Below are positions 19,656 to 30,055 of a stretch of 64,000 nt of DNA, in pieces; within the stretch, counting starts at the first letter, position 1, and every line of letters starts with the position of its first letter. A program made the translations under genes and the position numbers. The DNA is from an uncultured Ectothiorhodospiraceae bacterium (GTDB taxonomy: Bacteria > Pseudomonadota > Gammaproteobacteria > GCA-002705445 > GCA-002716945), in assembly GCA_964342155.1 (NCBI GenBank), contig CAYFEQ010000003.1, positions 27,734 to 91,733 of the forward strand, in the 5' to 3' direction. A model generated the notes under the pieces. That model made no database searches, was not told the DNA's origin, and worked only from the letters and a program-made list of their open reading frames with translations.

Positions 19656-21683
19656 TTAATATTTTTCTTTTTTATTTTTTGGCATATCCAAAAAGCTTTC
19701 TTGTAGAGATGTGATTTGATCTCTTAATTCTGCTGCTTTTTCAAACTCTAAATCTTTGGCGCACTCAAACATCTGGTTCTCTAACTTTTTAATAATTACA
19801 TGTACATTTGATTCTTTGACTTTTGGAAATCTTTTTTTAACTTCCGAAATATGTGTAACTTTATCCATAGTAGCTTTTGATAAATAAATATCTTCATCAA
19901 GATATTCTTTGATTGCCTTTTTTATCCCCTTTGGTTTGATATTATTCAATTTATTAAACTCAACTTGTATTTCTCTCCTCCTGTCAGTTTCATCAATTGC
20001 TTTTTTCATTGAACCAGTTAATTCATCTCCATATAGAATAACCCTTCCTTTTATATTTCTAGCAGCTCTTCCAATAGTTTGTATCAAAGACCTTTCAGAT
20101 CTCAAAAAACCTTCTTTGTCTGCATCTAATATAGCTACCAGTTCCACTTCTGGTAAATCTAATCCTTCTCGTAATAGATTAATACCAACTAGAACATCAA
20201 ATTCACCCTGTCTTAAGCCCCTTATTATTTCAACCCTATCAATTGTAGTTATGTCTGAATGTAAGTATCTGACTCTTATATTAAAACCTTCAAGATAATC
20301 AGTTAAATTCTCAGCCATTTTTTTTGTCAGTGTTGTAATTAACACTCTATTATTATTTTTGACTACCTTGTTTATTTCAGACAAAACATCCTCTACCTGA
20401 TTAGAGGATGGTCTTACTTCAACATGCGGATCAATTAATCCTGTTGGACGTATAACCTGTTCAACTATATGTGTTGAATTATCTATTTCATAAGGTCCTG
20501 GCGTTGCGGAAACATAAAGCGTTTGAAATTTATATTTTTCAAACTCACCAAACTGTAAAGGTCTGTTATCTAATGCTGAAGGCAATCTAAATCCATATTC
20601 AACTAAAGTTTCCTTTCTTGATTTATCTCCTCTATACATACCACCAAGCTGTGGAACAGTTACATGGCTTTCATCTATTATTATCATGCCATCTTTCGGC
20701 ATATAGTCTAGCAAGCATGGCGGAGGACAACCTGCGCCTCTTCCGCAAATATATCTTGAGTAATTTTCAATACCAGAACAATAACCCATTTCTTGTATCA
20801 TTTCTAAGTCAAAATTGGTTCTCTCTTTTAGTCTTTGCAACTCTAATAATTTATTTTCCTTTCTTAGGAATTTTAATCTATCCTCTAATTCTTTTTTAAT
20901 TTCTATAATGGCATTATCCAAAATTTCTTTTGGTGTAACATAATGTGTTTTAGGATAAATTGTACATCTCTTTATTTTTTTTAAAATCTCTCCTGTTAAT
21001 GGATCAAAGGTATAGAGATTTTCAATCTCATCTCCGCATAGCTCAGCTCTTATCGCTTCTCTTTCAGAATCAGCTGGAAAAATATCTATAATCTCACCTC
21101 TAACCTGATAAGTTCCTCTTCTGAGCTCTAAATCATTTCTCGCGTATTGTAATTCACTGAGTCTTCTTAAAATTTTTCTCTGATCTATAATGTCTCCAAT
21201 TACCATATGCAAAATCATTTTAAAATAAGTGTTTGGGTCGCCTAAACCATAAATAGCTGACACTGTTCCAATAACAATCGCATCATTTCTCTCAAATAGA
21301 GATTTTGTAGCAGACAATCTCATCTGCTCTATATGTTCATTCAATGAAGCATCTTTCTCTATATATGTATCAGAAACAGGGACGTATGCTTCTGGTTGAT
21401 AATAATCATAATATGAAACAAAATACTCAACTGAGTTCTTTGGGAAAAAATCTCTCATTTCAGTATATAATTGAGCCGCTAATGTCTTATTAGGAGCAAT
21501 TATGAGAGTCGTTTTGTTGGTCTTTTCAATCAGATGCGCCATAGTAAAAGTTTTTCCAGACCCGGTAACTCCCAAAAGAGTCTGGTGAGGAACACCTTTT
21601 TGGATACCTTCAAACAACGCATTGATCGCTTTGGGTTGATCGCCAGATGCTTTAAGTTTGGTGCTGAGAATTAATTTCCTCAT
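19656..21683 (-). CDS. uvrB: Excinuclease ABC subunit B
   Basis: [30 protein letters not shown]-terminal UVR domain. Confidence 0.97.
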   Translation of the reverse strand: MRKLILSTKLKASGDQPKAINALFEGIQKGVPHQTLLGVTGSGKTFTMAHLIEKTNKTTLIIAPNKTLAAQLYTEMRDFFPKNSVEYFVSYYDYYQPEAYVPVSDTYIEKDASLNEHIEQMRLSATKSLFERNDAIVIGTVSAIYGLGDPNTYFKMILHMVIGDIIDQRKILRRLSELQYARNDLELRRGTYQVRGEIIDIFPADSEREAIRAELCGDEIENLYTFDPLTGEILKKIKRCTIYPKTHYVTPKEILDNAIIEIKKELEDRLKFLRKENKLLELQRLKERTNFDLEMIQEMGYCSGIENYSRYICGRGAGCPPPCLLDYMPKDGMIIIDESHVTVPQLGGMYRGDKSRKETLVEYGFRLPSALDNRPLQFGEFEKYKFQTLYVSATPGPYEIDNSTHIVEQVIRPTGLIDPHVEVRPSSNQVEDVLSEINKVVKNNNRVLITTLTKKMAENLTDYLEGFNIRVRYLHSDITTIDRVEIIRGLRQGEFDVLVGINLLREGLDLPEVELVAILDADKEGFLRSERSLIQTIGRAARNIKGRVILYGDELTGSMKKAIDETDRRREIQVEFNKLNNIKPKGIKKAIKEYLDEDIYLSKATMDKVTHISEVKKRFPKVKESNVHVIIKKLENQMFECAKDLEFEKAAELRDQITSLQESFLDMPKNKKEKY

Positions 21684-21752
21684 AAATCATATTTTAACAT
21701 GAAGTTTACTTAAAAGACCCTTTTTGATAATATCTTATTCAAGGAAACTAAG

Positions 21753-22928
21753 TTGACAATCTCAAAAAGGATAAAATTAATAAACCCTTCATCTACGATG
21801 GCTCTTACCGCAAGAGCAAATGAAATGCGTCAAAAAGGAATGGATGTCATTATTCTTACAGTTGGTGAACCTGACTTTGATACTCCAAACCATATTAAAG
21901 AAGCAGCTCATTCTGCTATTGATTCAGGTTCTACTAAATATACTGCTGTAGATGGGACTCCAGCCCTAAAGGAAGCAATAAAATATAAGCTAGAAAATGA
22001 AAATGGGTTAATTTATTCTCCAGAACAAATAATTGCATCTAATGGTTGTAAACAGTCTTTATTCAATTTTTTACAGGTTTTCCTTGATGAAGGAGATGAA
22101 GTTATAATCCCAACACCTTACTGGGTATCATATGTAGATATGGTTAGATATGCAGGCGGTAAACCAATATTCCTTGAAACTGCATATGACAATAATTTGA
22201 ATATTGATATTAGTAAATTAAAAAATATTATTACCGATAAAACTAAATTATTTTTATTAAATAGCCCTAATAATCCAAGTGGCAAATACTTCGATTCTCA
22301 GACATTGAAGCAAGTCGCAGAGATATTACTTCAGCATAAAAATATTTATGTTGCCACTGATGATATTTATGAACATGTAATCTGGCATAAAGAGAAGTTT
22401 CATAACATGCTCAATGTTTGCAGTGAGCTTTCTGATCGCACAATTATTTTTAATGGAATTTCTAAAGCATATGCTATGACTGGTTGGAGAATAGGTTATG
22501 CTGCTGGTCCAAAAGAGATTATAAAAGCAATGAAAACTCTACAATCTCAAAGTACATCTTGTCCAAGCTCAGTATCACAAGCGGCTGCTTGCGAAGCGCT
22601 AACAAAAAAATGTGAAGAAATTACCACTATGAACTCAGAGTATAAAAAAAGACATGATTTAGTAGTCAATGGCTTAAATAAAATTGAAGGTGTAGATTGC
22701 AAGGATACAGATGGAACATTCTATATTTTCCCTTCATTCAAAAATTTAATAAAAAATAACGATAAATTCAAAAATGACAAGGAGCTTGCTGCATACCTTC
22801 TAGAAGAAGCTAAGGTTGCAGTTGTTCCAGGAAGCGCATTTGGTTTTGAAGGACATTTAAGAATATCAATTGCACTTGATATGAGTTCGCTTGAAACAGC
22901 ATTGAAAAGAATGGCAACTTGTTTGTAG
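21753..22928 (+). CDS. PLP-dependent class I/II aminotransferase (aspartate aminotransferase type); TTG start
   Basis: GEPDFDTP, NSPNNPSG, DDIY, SKAYAMTGWRIG, VPGSAFG. Confidence 0.92.
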   Translation: MTISKRIKLINPSSTMALTARANEMRQKGMDVIILTVGEPDFDTPNHIKEAAHSAIDSGSTKYTAVDGTPALKEAIKYKLENENGLIYSPEQIIASNGCKQSLFNFLQVFLDEGDEVIIPTPYWVSYVDMVRYAGGKPIFLETAYDNNLNIDISKLKNIITDKTKLFLLNSPNNPSGKYFDSQTLKQVAEILLQHKNIYVATDDIYEHVIWHKEKFHNMLNVCSELSDRTIIFNGISKAYAMTGWRIGYAAGPKEIIKAMKTLQSQSTSCPSSVSQAAACEALTKKCEEITTMNSEYKKRHDLVVNGLNKIEGVDCKDTDGTFYIFPSFKNLIKNNDKFKNDKELAAYLLEEAKVAVVPGSAFGFEGHLRISIALDMSSLETALKRMATCL

Positions 22929-22931
22929 ATA

Positions 22932-23004
22932 CTCCCCGGGACGGACTCGAACCGCCGACCTGGTGATTAACAGTCACTCGCTCTACCAACTGAGCTACCG
23001 GGGA
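22932..23004 (-). tRNA. tRNA-Asn(GTT), CCA not encoded
   Basis: TCCCCGG acceptor stem, CTGTTAA anticodon loop, GGTTCGAGT T-arm; discriminator G followed by TATC. Confidence 0.95.
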
Positions 23005-23016
23005 ATAAACTAAAAC

Positions 23017-23045
23017 ATCATATTATTAATAAGCAAAATCATCAA
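23017..23045 (-). promoter_or_regulatory. Sigma70-type promoter for tRNA-Asn
   Basis: TTGATG-N17-TATGAT, ending 12 nt before the tRNA 5' end. Confidence 0.6.
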
Positions 23046-23052
23046 TTACTTT

Positions 23053-23922
23053 CTAAAATTTTAATGTCTTCAAATATTTCTTAAATGGTTTTTTTACCTC
23101 AGAATGATCAAGAGCATATTCAACATTTGCTTTCAAATATCCAATCTTACTGCCACAATCAAATCTCTGGCCTGAAAACTTGTATCCTAAAACTTCATCA
23201 GTAGAAAGCAATTTACTGATAGCATCTGTAATTTGAATCTCTTTTCCTAGTGCCGGTTTAGTGTTTTCAATCATTTTAAAAATATTGGGTGTAAAAATAT
23301 ATCGCCCTACTACAGCTAAATTAGATTTTGCAACTGTTGGTTTAGGTTTTTCAACGATAGATTTTATTTCAAAAATATTTTTCTTTTTTGGTAAGCCTTC
23401 TATAATGCCATATTTATCAGTATGGCTTTTATGAATTTCTTCAATAGCTAAAATATTCGCATTAAATTTACTTTTAATATTTAACATTTGTTTAATTGTA
23501 GGAATTTTTGATTTAATTAAATCATCAGCAAGTATTACTACAAAATCATTGTCTCCTACTATCTCTTTTGCACAATAAATAGCATGACCCAATCCTAATG
23601 GACTTTCTTGTCTTACAAAATTACAACATATGTTCTTTGGTATTATTTTTTTTATTATTCTTAAAAGATTTAATTTTTTTTTATTTTTAAGATCTGCCTC
23701 TAGTTCTGGTATAGAATCAAAATGATCTATAATTGCATTCTTTGTTCTACCTATAACAAATATTAATTCATTAATACCCGAGGCAATGGCTTCTTCAGCA
23801 GCATATTGAATTAATGGTTTATCTACAATTGGCAACATCTCTTTTGGGCTAGCCTTCGTAGCAGGCAAGAATCGTGTTCCTAGACCGGCTACAGGAAACA
23901 CAGCTTTCTTTATTTTTTTCAT
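23053..23922 (-). CDS. galU: UTP--glucose-1-phosphate uridylyltransferase
   Basis: PVAGLGTRFLPATKA.PKEMLP, LGLGHA, EKP, EIQITDAI. Confidence 0.96.
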   Translation of the reverse strand: MKKIKKAVFPVAGLGTRFLPATKASPKEMLPIVDKPLIQYAAEEAIASGINELIFVIGRTKNAIIDHFDSIPELEADLKNKKKLNLLRIIKKIIPKNICCNFVRQESPLGLGHAIYCAKEIVGDNDFVVILADDLIKSKIPTIKQMLNIKSKFNANILAIEEIHKSHTDKYGIIEGLPKKKNIFEIKSIVEKPKPTVAKSNLAVVGRYIFTPNIFKMIENTKPALGKEIQITDAISKLLSTDEVLGYKFSGQRFDCGSKIGYLKANVEYALDHSEVKKPFKKYLKTLKF

Positions 23923-23953
23923 AATGGTAATATTATTTTAATAAAAAAATTCA

Positions 23954-24277
23954 ATGACATATGTTATCACAGAAAACTGTATAAAGTGTAAATATACTGA
24001 TTGTGTTGAAGTATGTCCAGTTGATTGCTTTCATGAAGGTCCGAATTTTTTAGTCATTAATCCAGACGAGTGTATTGATTGCTCTCTGTGTGAACCTGAA
24101 TGTCCTATAGATGCAATTGTTTCTGATGAAGACATTAAAGACGATGATAAAAAGTTCCTTGAAATTAATGAAAGACTTTCTAAAAAATGGCCGGTTCTTG
24201 CTCAAGCAAAAGATGCGCCAGCTGATGCCAAGGAATGGGAAAATAAAAAAAATAAGCTTAAGCTGTTAGAAGAATAA
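23954..24277 (+). CDS. fdxA: 7Fe/8Fe ferredoxin (FdxA type)
   Basis: [18 protein letters not shown] and [12 protein letters not shown]. Confidence 0.92.
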   Translation: MTYVITENCIKCKYTDCVEVCPVDCFHEGPNFLVINPDECIDCSLCEPECPIDAIVSDEDIKDDDKKFLEINERLSKKWPVLAQAKDAPADAKEWENKKNKLKLLEE

Positions 24278-24283
24278 TCTAAG

Positions 24284-25660
24284 CTACGCACCAAAATCAC
24301 TGTTATCTTCATATACAGGTGCTTGATAGTCCTCAAATCTAGTACATGGCGCTATGAATGTTAGTTGATGTGGGCCGGTATTTCCATTTCGATGTTTAGC
24401 AACATTAACTTCAGCTATGTTTCTCGTTTCTGCATTGTTCTTATCATATACCTCATCACGATAGAGAAACATTACTATATCTGCATCTTGTTCAATAGAT
24501 CCAGATTCTCTGAGATCTGACAAAAATGGTCTTTTATCATTTCTCTCTTCAACTCTTCTGTTTAGCTGAGAAAGAGCAATCACTGGAATATCTAATTCTT
24601 TTGCAAGAGCTTTTAACGATCGTGTGATTTCAGAAACTTCATTTACTCTGTTTTGATCAAAATTACGTGATCTTGTTACGCCCATCAGTTGGAGATAATC
24701 AATTATAATCAAATCAACTCCATGTTCTCTTTTCATACGTCTAGCCTTTGCTCTCAAATCCATAGGTGTAATAGATGGGGTTTCATCAACAAAGAAATCG
24801 CATTCTTGCATCATAGTAATTGCCGACGTTACAGCCTTAGTATTATCAGATGAAGATTCATAATCTCCTGTTCTTATTCTTTGCATTGAGACGCTGCTAA
24901 GAGTTGATAACATTCTTAACGCAATCTGTTGGGCAGACATTTCTAAACTAAAAAAACCTACTTTCTTTTGTTGCTGAAAAACGATATTCAAAGCTACATT
25001 CATAGAAAAGGCAGTTTTACCCATAGAAGGTCTTCCAGCTATAACTACTAAATCAGATCTTTGCAACCCACCCAATGTTTCATCTAGTTTTTTATAGCCA
25101 GTAAGTAAATAATCTATCTTATTATTATTTTTCTTTTCATATATTAACTCGACCATTTGATTAACAATAGGTCCAATTTTGGTTAACCCATCATTTGCTT
25201 TACTATCTCTTGTAATTCCAAAAATTTCAGTTTCTGCTTTATCTAACACATCACTAACGGTTCCTTCATCACTTTGATGAACTTGTTCAATTATTTTAGT
25301 GCTAGTATTGATAAGTTTACGCATTACCGATTTCTCTCTTATGATCGCTGCATACGTTTCGATATGTGCAGATGTAGGTAGTTTTTTAACAAGCGTCTTT
25401 AAATATTCAACACCTCCAATTTTGTCTAACACCGATTTACTTTTTAAAGCTTCCTCTAAAACTAAAATGTCAATGGCTTGATTACTTAATGCTAGATTTA
25501 GCAACTCCTTGAAGATAATCTGATGATTTGACTCATAGAAGTCATTTATATCAATTTTATCAGTAATTTTTTCCCATCCTGTCCCATCCATAATGAGAGC
25601 TCCAAGGAAAGCTTGTTCGGCATCAGTTGATTTTGGTACAGATGGTAATTTGGGAGCCAT
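24284..25660 (-). CDS. dnaB: Replicative DNA helicase
   Basis: GRPSMGKT, IDYLQLM, LSQLNR, DLRESGSIEQDAD, KHRNG. Confidence 0.97.
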   Translation of the reverse strand: MAPKLPSVPKSTDAEQAFLGALIMDGTGWEKITDKIDINDFYESNHQIIFKELLNLALSNQAIDILVLEEALKSKSVLDKIGGVEYLKTLVKKLPTSAHIETYAAIIREKSVMRKLINTSTKIIEQVHQSDEGTVSDVLDKAETEIFGITRDSKANDGLTKIGPIVNQMVELIYEKKNNNKIDYLLTGYKKLDETLGGLQRSDLVVIAGRPSMGKTAFSMNVALNIVFQQQKKVGFFSLEMSAQQIALRMLSTLSSVSMQRIRTGDYESSSDNTKAVTSAITMMQECDFFVDETPSITPMDLRAKARRMKREHGVDLIIIDYLQLMGVTRSRNFDQNRVNEVSEITRSLKALAKELDIPVIALSQLNRRVEERNDKRPFLSDLRESGSIEQDADIVMFLYRDEVYDKNNAETRNIAEVNVAKHRNGNTGPHQLTFIAPCTRFEDYQAPVYEDNSDFGA

Positions 25661-25675
25661 GCTTTATTCTAACTG

Positions 25676-25707
25676 AAAAAAAGATGACTTCATATATCTC
25701 GATGAAG
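25676..25707 (-). terminator. Possible intrinsic terminator or processing stem between rplI and dnaB
   Basis: Minus strand CTTCAT-N8-ATGAAG, then a T7 run 5 nt downstream. Confidence 0.35.
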
Positions 25708-25719
25708 AATTATTATATT

Positions 25720-26196
25720 TTATGTCTTAGGTAAAACATTGACTTCTTCTTTGACTTCTATAGGTATTTCAATGCTCACCTCAGGGTGAAGGTTGATGTG
25801 GGCAGTAAATGCCCCAATGGTTTTGATTGTCCCTAGTGGAAGATTAATTTGTTTTTTTTCTATCTCATGACCTTGTTCATTTATCTTGTCTAAAACATTT
25901 TGAAGGGAGATGGATCCAAAAATTTTATCCTCTTCTTGAACCTTAGCCATGAATACTATTGGGTTATCGGAAAAATGCTTTAGCTTTTCTTGTTTTTGTA
26001 AAGCAAAATTCTTATTTTTCTCTTCTTCTGCTAATAATTCTTGTTTTTTCTTTTCAACAAACAATATATTTTCTTCTGTTGGCATAACAGCTATTTTTTT
26101 AGGTAATAAATAATTTCTTGCGTAACCAGGCTTTACAGATATTTCTGTTCCTATGTCACCTAGTTTATTAATTTTCTGTAGCAGTAGAACTTTCAT
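25720..26196 (-). CDS. rplI: 50S ribosomal protein L9 (likely start MKVLLL at 26196)
   Basis: VKPGYARNYLLP, KIFGSI, LHPEV. Confidence 0.95.
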   Translation of the reverse strand: MKVLLLQKINKLGDIGTEISVKPGYARNYLLPKKIAVMPTEENILFVEKKKQELLAEEEKNKNFALQKQEKLKHFSDNPIVFMAKVQEEDKIFGSISLQNVLDKINEQGHEIEKKQINLPLGTIKTIGAFTAHINLHPEVSIEIPIEVKEEVNVLPKT

Positions 26197-26197
26197 A

Positions 26198-26428
26198 TCA
26201 TTTATGATTATCACAATAAGGAAGTAGGGCTAGGTACCTGGCAATTTTAATTGCTTTATTTATTTTTCTTTGTTCTTTTCCTGATAATGAGCCATTTCTT
26301 CTTGGATTAATTTTACCTGTTTCAGATAGAAATCTTTTTAAAAAATTTATATTTTTATAATCTATATCCTTCGAGACAAATTTTTCTCTACCATTTATAT
26401 TTTCTTCGTTTACTTTTTTATTTTCCAT
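26198..26428 (-). CDS. rpsR: 30S ribosomal protein S18
   Basis: IDYKN...SETGKI.PRR...QR...AIK.AR.LALLPY. Confidence 0.95.
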   Translation of the reverse strand: MENKKVNEENINGREKFVSKDIDYKNINFLKRFLSETGKINPRRNGSLSGKEQRKINKAIKIARYLALLPYCDNHK

Positions 26429-26440
26429 ATCTAAATCTAA

Positions 26441-26785
26441 TTATCGAGCTTCTTCTTTATTATTTTTTTCTCTGTTCATCATTACAGATGACTCTGTGTA
26501 CGTTTGTGTACGTTGCAGTATTATATGTCTGAGGATAGAATCATTAAATTTTATAAGACCTGAAATTTCATCTATTACTTCATTGTTGGCTTGTATATTC
26601 ATCATGATATAGCGAGCTTTATTATTTTTATTAATTTCATAAGCTAACTTTAAATTACCCCAATCTTCAAAACGATCTACTTGGCCGCCTTTTGTAGAAA
26701 TAATTGTTTTATATTTATCCATAGTTTGTTCGGTCAAACTATCTTGATTAATATCAAACATTAGTACAATTTCATAATTTCTCAT
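26441..26785 (-). CDS. rpsF: 30S ribosomal protein S6
   Basis: MRNYEIV, EDWG..KLAYEI.K, KFND.ILR. Confidence 0.95.
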   Translation of the reverse strand: MRNYEIVLMFDINQDSLTEQTMDKYKTIISTKGGQVDRFEDWGNLKLAYEINKNNKARYIMMNIQANNEVIDEISGLIKFNDSILRHIILQRTQTYTESSVMMNREKNNKEEAR

Positions 26786-26838
26786 TCAATTTATCCTCAT
26801 TGCGAATACTACTGGACAAAAGTATATTTTTCAAACAA

Positions 26839-27606
26839 TCATTTACCTTTTTTAAAAAATTTAGCTACTTCATGAAGCATTATTCCTGTAGCAACAGAAA
26901 CATTTAGACACTCTATAGAACCTGTGGTTGGTATTCTATAAACTGCATCACACAATCTCAATAGAGATCTGCTGATACCAGTTCCTTCTGATCCAACAAT
27001 AATGGCTGAGCCACAATTAAAATTATCTTTTTTGAGAAAACTGATGTTGTTTTTAGCATCATGGTGTGCACCTATAATAAAAATATTATTTTTTTTCAAT
27101 TTATTCACTACAGTGGCTAAATTATTGCTTTCAAATAGATTCAAACCCTGTAATCCTCCCGATGCTGTTTTGTGTACAAGTGGTGTAATTGGACTGGATT
27201 GAGACTTTTTTTTAATTATTAGTGAAACTCCAAAAGCATTTGCAGATCGGATACAGGACCCAAGGTTTCTAGGATCTTGGATAGAATCAAAAATTATAAT
27301 AAATGGCTTTTTTGAATTCTGAAGATACATCTCTAAATTAAAATCTATCTTTGCTGATGGGCGAACTTCGCAAACAACTCCCTGATGTTTATTAGATAGA
27401 CAGCTCATAGCTAGTAAGTCTTTATCTGCTTCTATAATTGAAATATTTTTAGATTGTGCAATCTTATGTACCTCTAAAAGGTTTTTATTTTTTGAATCCT
27501 TTTTGATTAAAATTTTTATGACTGAATTAGGATTAGATTTTAATAATGCTATACTACTATGTATTCCATAAACACTTTTGCTTATAGATTTATTAAGTTT
27601 ACTCAT
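26839..27606 (-). CDS. rlmB: 23S rRNA (G2251-2'-O)-methyltransferase
   Basis: HQGV, QDPRNLG..IRSA, GSEGTG, LNVSVA SPOUT motifs; position before rpsF. Confidence 0.88.
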   Translation of the reverse strand: MSKLNKSISKSVYGIHSSIALLKSNPNSVIKILIKKDSKNKNLLEVHKIAQSKNISIIEADKDLLAMSCLSNKHQGVVCEVRPSAKIDFNLEMYLQNSKKPFIIIFDSIQDPRNLGSCIRSANAFGVSLIIKKKSQSSPITPLVHKTASGGLQGLNLFESNNLATVVNKLKKNNIFIIGAHHDAKNNISFLKKDNFNCGSAIIVGSEGTGISRSLLRLCDAVYRIPTTGSIECLNVSVATGIMLHEVAKFFKKGK

Positions 27607-28856
27607 CCTTCAAAAATATCATTTACAAATATTATATCTTCTCTAGCTGCACCTGTAGAAATTAAATCTATAGAAATATTTGAAAAATTTTCAATTGTCT
27701 CAATATAATTACGTGCATTTTTAGGTAAATCTTGAAGCTTACTAATTCCTTGCGTCGAAGTTTTCCATCCATCTACTTCGAAATATTCAATATTGCTACT
27801 CTCATTTTCAGATTCATAGCTTTTAGCTATTTTTATTTTTTCTAGATTATCAAGAACATCTAGTTTTGTTAATGCAATTCCATTTAAATTATTTAGTTGA
27901 ATAGCTTTATTCAATATTTTTAAATCTAGCCAACCACATCTTCTAGCTCTACCAGTTGTAGCTCCAACTTCTCCACCCCATTCAGCAATTTTTTTTCCTA
28001 TATCATCTTTAAGTTCTGTCGGGAAAGGACCATTTCCAACTCTAGTCGTGTAAGATTTTGTTATACCTAATGAATAATTTATTTTATTACTACCAACTCC
28101 TGTTCCTGTCGTCAGTCCAGGATATGTAGTATTAGATGATGTAACATATGGGTACGTGCCATGATCAATATCTAGCATTGTCCCTTGCGCTCCTTCAAAA
28201 ATAATATTTGATTTTTTTGTTAGTTCTAAAATAATAGGTGTTACATCTGAAACATATTTTTTTATTTTTTCAAAAATAGGTATTAGCTTATTAACAGTTT
28301 CATCTATAGGGACAATTGAAGATTTATAATATTCAGATAATAGGAAGTTATGATAATCCATGGAAGATTTAATTTTTGTGAGTAAAGTTTTTTCATTGAA
28401 GAAATCAATAAGTCTTATACCACGTCTAGCTATTTTATCTTCATATGTAGGTCCAATACCACGACCTGTGGTTCCAATAGATTTTTTTCCTAAGAACTCC
28501 TCTCTAGCAAGATCAATTGATTGATGGCTTGGTAAAATAACATGGCAAAATTCACTTATGAATAACTTGTTTTCAATGGTGATATTATTAGATTCTAAAT
28601 CATTCAACTCATTCTGCAACGCCTCAAGGGAAACAACAACGCCATTTCCAATTATAGATTTTACATGGTCTCTCATTATTCCTGATGGAATCAAATGCAA
28701 GATTACCTGTTTACCATTAATTAATAATGTATGGCCAGCATTATGTCCTCCTTGAAAACGAATACAACCTGATGCATTTTCAGTTAAAACATCAACTATT
28801 TTACCTTTACCTTCATCACCCCAATGAGTACCAACAAGAAATATATTTTTATTCAT
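27603..28856 (-). CDS. purA: Adenylosuccinate synthetase
   Basis: WGDEGKGK, GGHNAGHT, GTTGRGIGP, GATTGRARRCGWLD. Confidence 0.97.
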   Translation of the reverse strand: MNKNIFLVGTHWGDEGKGKIVDVLTENASGCIRFQGGHNAGHTLLINGKQVILHLIPSGIMRDHVKSIIGNGVVVSLEALQNELNDLESNNITIENKLFISEFCHVILPSHQSIDLAREEFLGKKSIGTTGRGIGPTYEDKIARRGIRLIDFFNEKTLLTKIKSSMDYHNFLLSEYYKSSIVPIDETVNKLIPIFEKIKKYVSDVTPIILELTKKSNIIFEGAQGTMLDIDHGTYPYVTSSNTTYPGLTTGTGVGSNKINYSLGITKSYTTRVGNGPFPTELKDDIGKKIAEWGGEVGATTGRARRCGWLDLKILNKAIQLNNLNGIALTKLDVLDNLEKIKIAKSYESENESSNIEYFEVDGWKTSTQGISKLQDLPKNARNYIETIENFSNISIDLISTGAAREDIIFVNDIFEG

Positions 28857-28860
28857 TCGT

Positions 28861-29856
28861 TTAAATCAATTCCCTAGTTAATGATAAATCAAAAATATCT
28901 TTAAGGTCTAAACTAAAACCTGTTGCTTCACGATATTGAGTCTTATTAGTTTTATAAGCATTATATCTACCTCCTTTTGCAATTTCTTTTCTGAAAGAAG
29001 ATACATAAGCTGTATATATAATACTAGTTTGATATTCATAACCAACTAATTCACATAAGTCAATTTGAACTGAAATAGATTTTTTATATTGCTTTATTTT
29101 AGCAGCAATTTGCCATAAGTCGTTTAGTTCACGTGTAAAATTTATTTTATTTGAAGAGGCAAGTTTTTTAATTTCATTGATAACTTTTATGTCACCAGAA
29201 AGCTTTATTAATTCTAATAGAAAATTAATACTCTTTTTATCAAAGCTATTATTTTTACAGAAGCATTTTATCTCACTACTGGATTTCAAATTAATCAAAT
29301 TAATAAGGATTCGTTTTTGATTCTTATCAATATTAAAATTTTCTAAAAAACTATTTATTAATGATACATCGCCTAACTCTATAATTATTTTCTTTTGTTT
29401 TGAAAGCGATATGATTTCAATCATACTTTTGATTATTTCTAAATCAGAAGCTTTGTTATTTTTTCCAAAAATTTCTACGCCTAGTTGGAAAGGATTTTTT
29501 CTATCAAAGTCACGGCTGCTTGATCTTAATATATCACCCATATAGGAATATCTTTTTGTACCCTTCCCATTAGTTAATTGATAATCAATTTTACTTACTT
29601 GAGGTGTAATATCTGCCCTTATGCCAATTTCGCCACCTGCTTGATGATCTGTAACAGTAAGAGTTTCAATATCCAAATCTGCTGATTTGAGGCTGAGAAG
29701 ATTATCCAAATTGTCAAATATTGGTGGATTTATATATTCATATTTAAGTTTAGTTAATATTTGTAAAGCCTTTTGTTTGAGAGCCTCAAACTTTTTAGCA
29801 TCATTAGGCATGAAATATTCCATTCCATCAGGTATAACAAAGTTTTTATTAGTCAT
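28861..29856 (-). CDS. hisZ: ATP phosphoribosyltransferase regulatory subunit (start MTNKNF at 29856)
   Basis: HisRS-like: RADITPQ, GGRYN, ATGFSLDL; between hflC/yjeT and purA; ATGA overlap with the upstream stop fixes the start. Confidence 0.88.
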   Translation of the reverse strand: MTNKNFVIPDGMEYFMPNDAKKFEALKQKALQILTKLKYEYINPPIFDNLDNLLSLKSADLDIETLTVTDHQAGGEIGIRADITPQVSKIDYQLTNGKGTKRYSYMGDILRSSSRDFDRKNPFQLGVEIFGKNNKASDLEIIKSMIEIISLSKQKKIIIELGDVSLINSFLENFNIDKNQKRILINLINLKSSSEIKCFCKNNSFDKKSINFLLELIKLSGDIKVINEIKKLASSNKINFTRELNDLWQIAAKIKQYKKSISVQIDLCELVGYEYQTSIIYTAYVSSFRKEIAKGGRYNAYKTNKTQYREATGFSLDLKDIFDLSLTRELI

Positions 29857-30053
29857 AAATATTGATATGCAACAATCCAATATAGAATTAACCCTAGTAT
29901 AATACTAATTAGTCCTAGAATTCTCAATGTATTATTACTACATTCATTGATGAAAACAAGTAACTTTCGAAAACGTTCGGGGGAAATAAATGGGATTATA
30001 CCTTCCAAGATTAAAATAATGGCTAATGTCAGGAGAAGTAAATCAAAAGTTAT
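29853..30053 (-). CDS. DUF2065 (YjeT-like) small membrane protein with probable ATA start (not in ORF track)
   Basis: My translation: ITFDLLLLTLAIILILEGIIPFISPERFRKLLVFINECSNNTLRILGLISIILGLILYWIVAYQYL*; EG..PF..P..R and LR..G pattern; usual position after hflC. Confidence 0.85.
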   Translation of the reverse strand: MTFDLLLLTLAIILILEGIIPFISPERFRKLLVFINECSNNTLRILGLISIILGLILYWIVAYQYL

Positions 30054-30055
30054 TA

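Noticed and set aside
21684-21752. LexA (SOS) box upstream of uvrB
   Set aside because: No CTGT-N8-ACAG pattern seen in the 69-nt divergent gap
22960-22980. A27-C43 mismatch at the top of the tRNA-Asn anticodon stem
   Set aside because: A single mismatch at this position is commonly tolerated; the rest of the cloverleaf is canonical
26495-26514. Perfect 10-nt tandem repeat TGTGTACGTT x2 in rpsF
   Set aside because: Reading frame and S6 length are normal; only two copies; most likely coincidental
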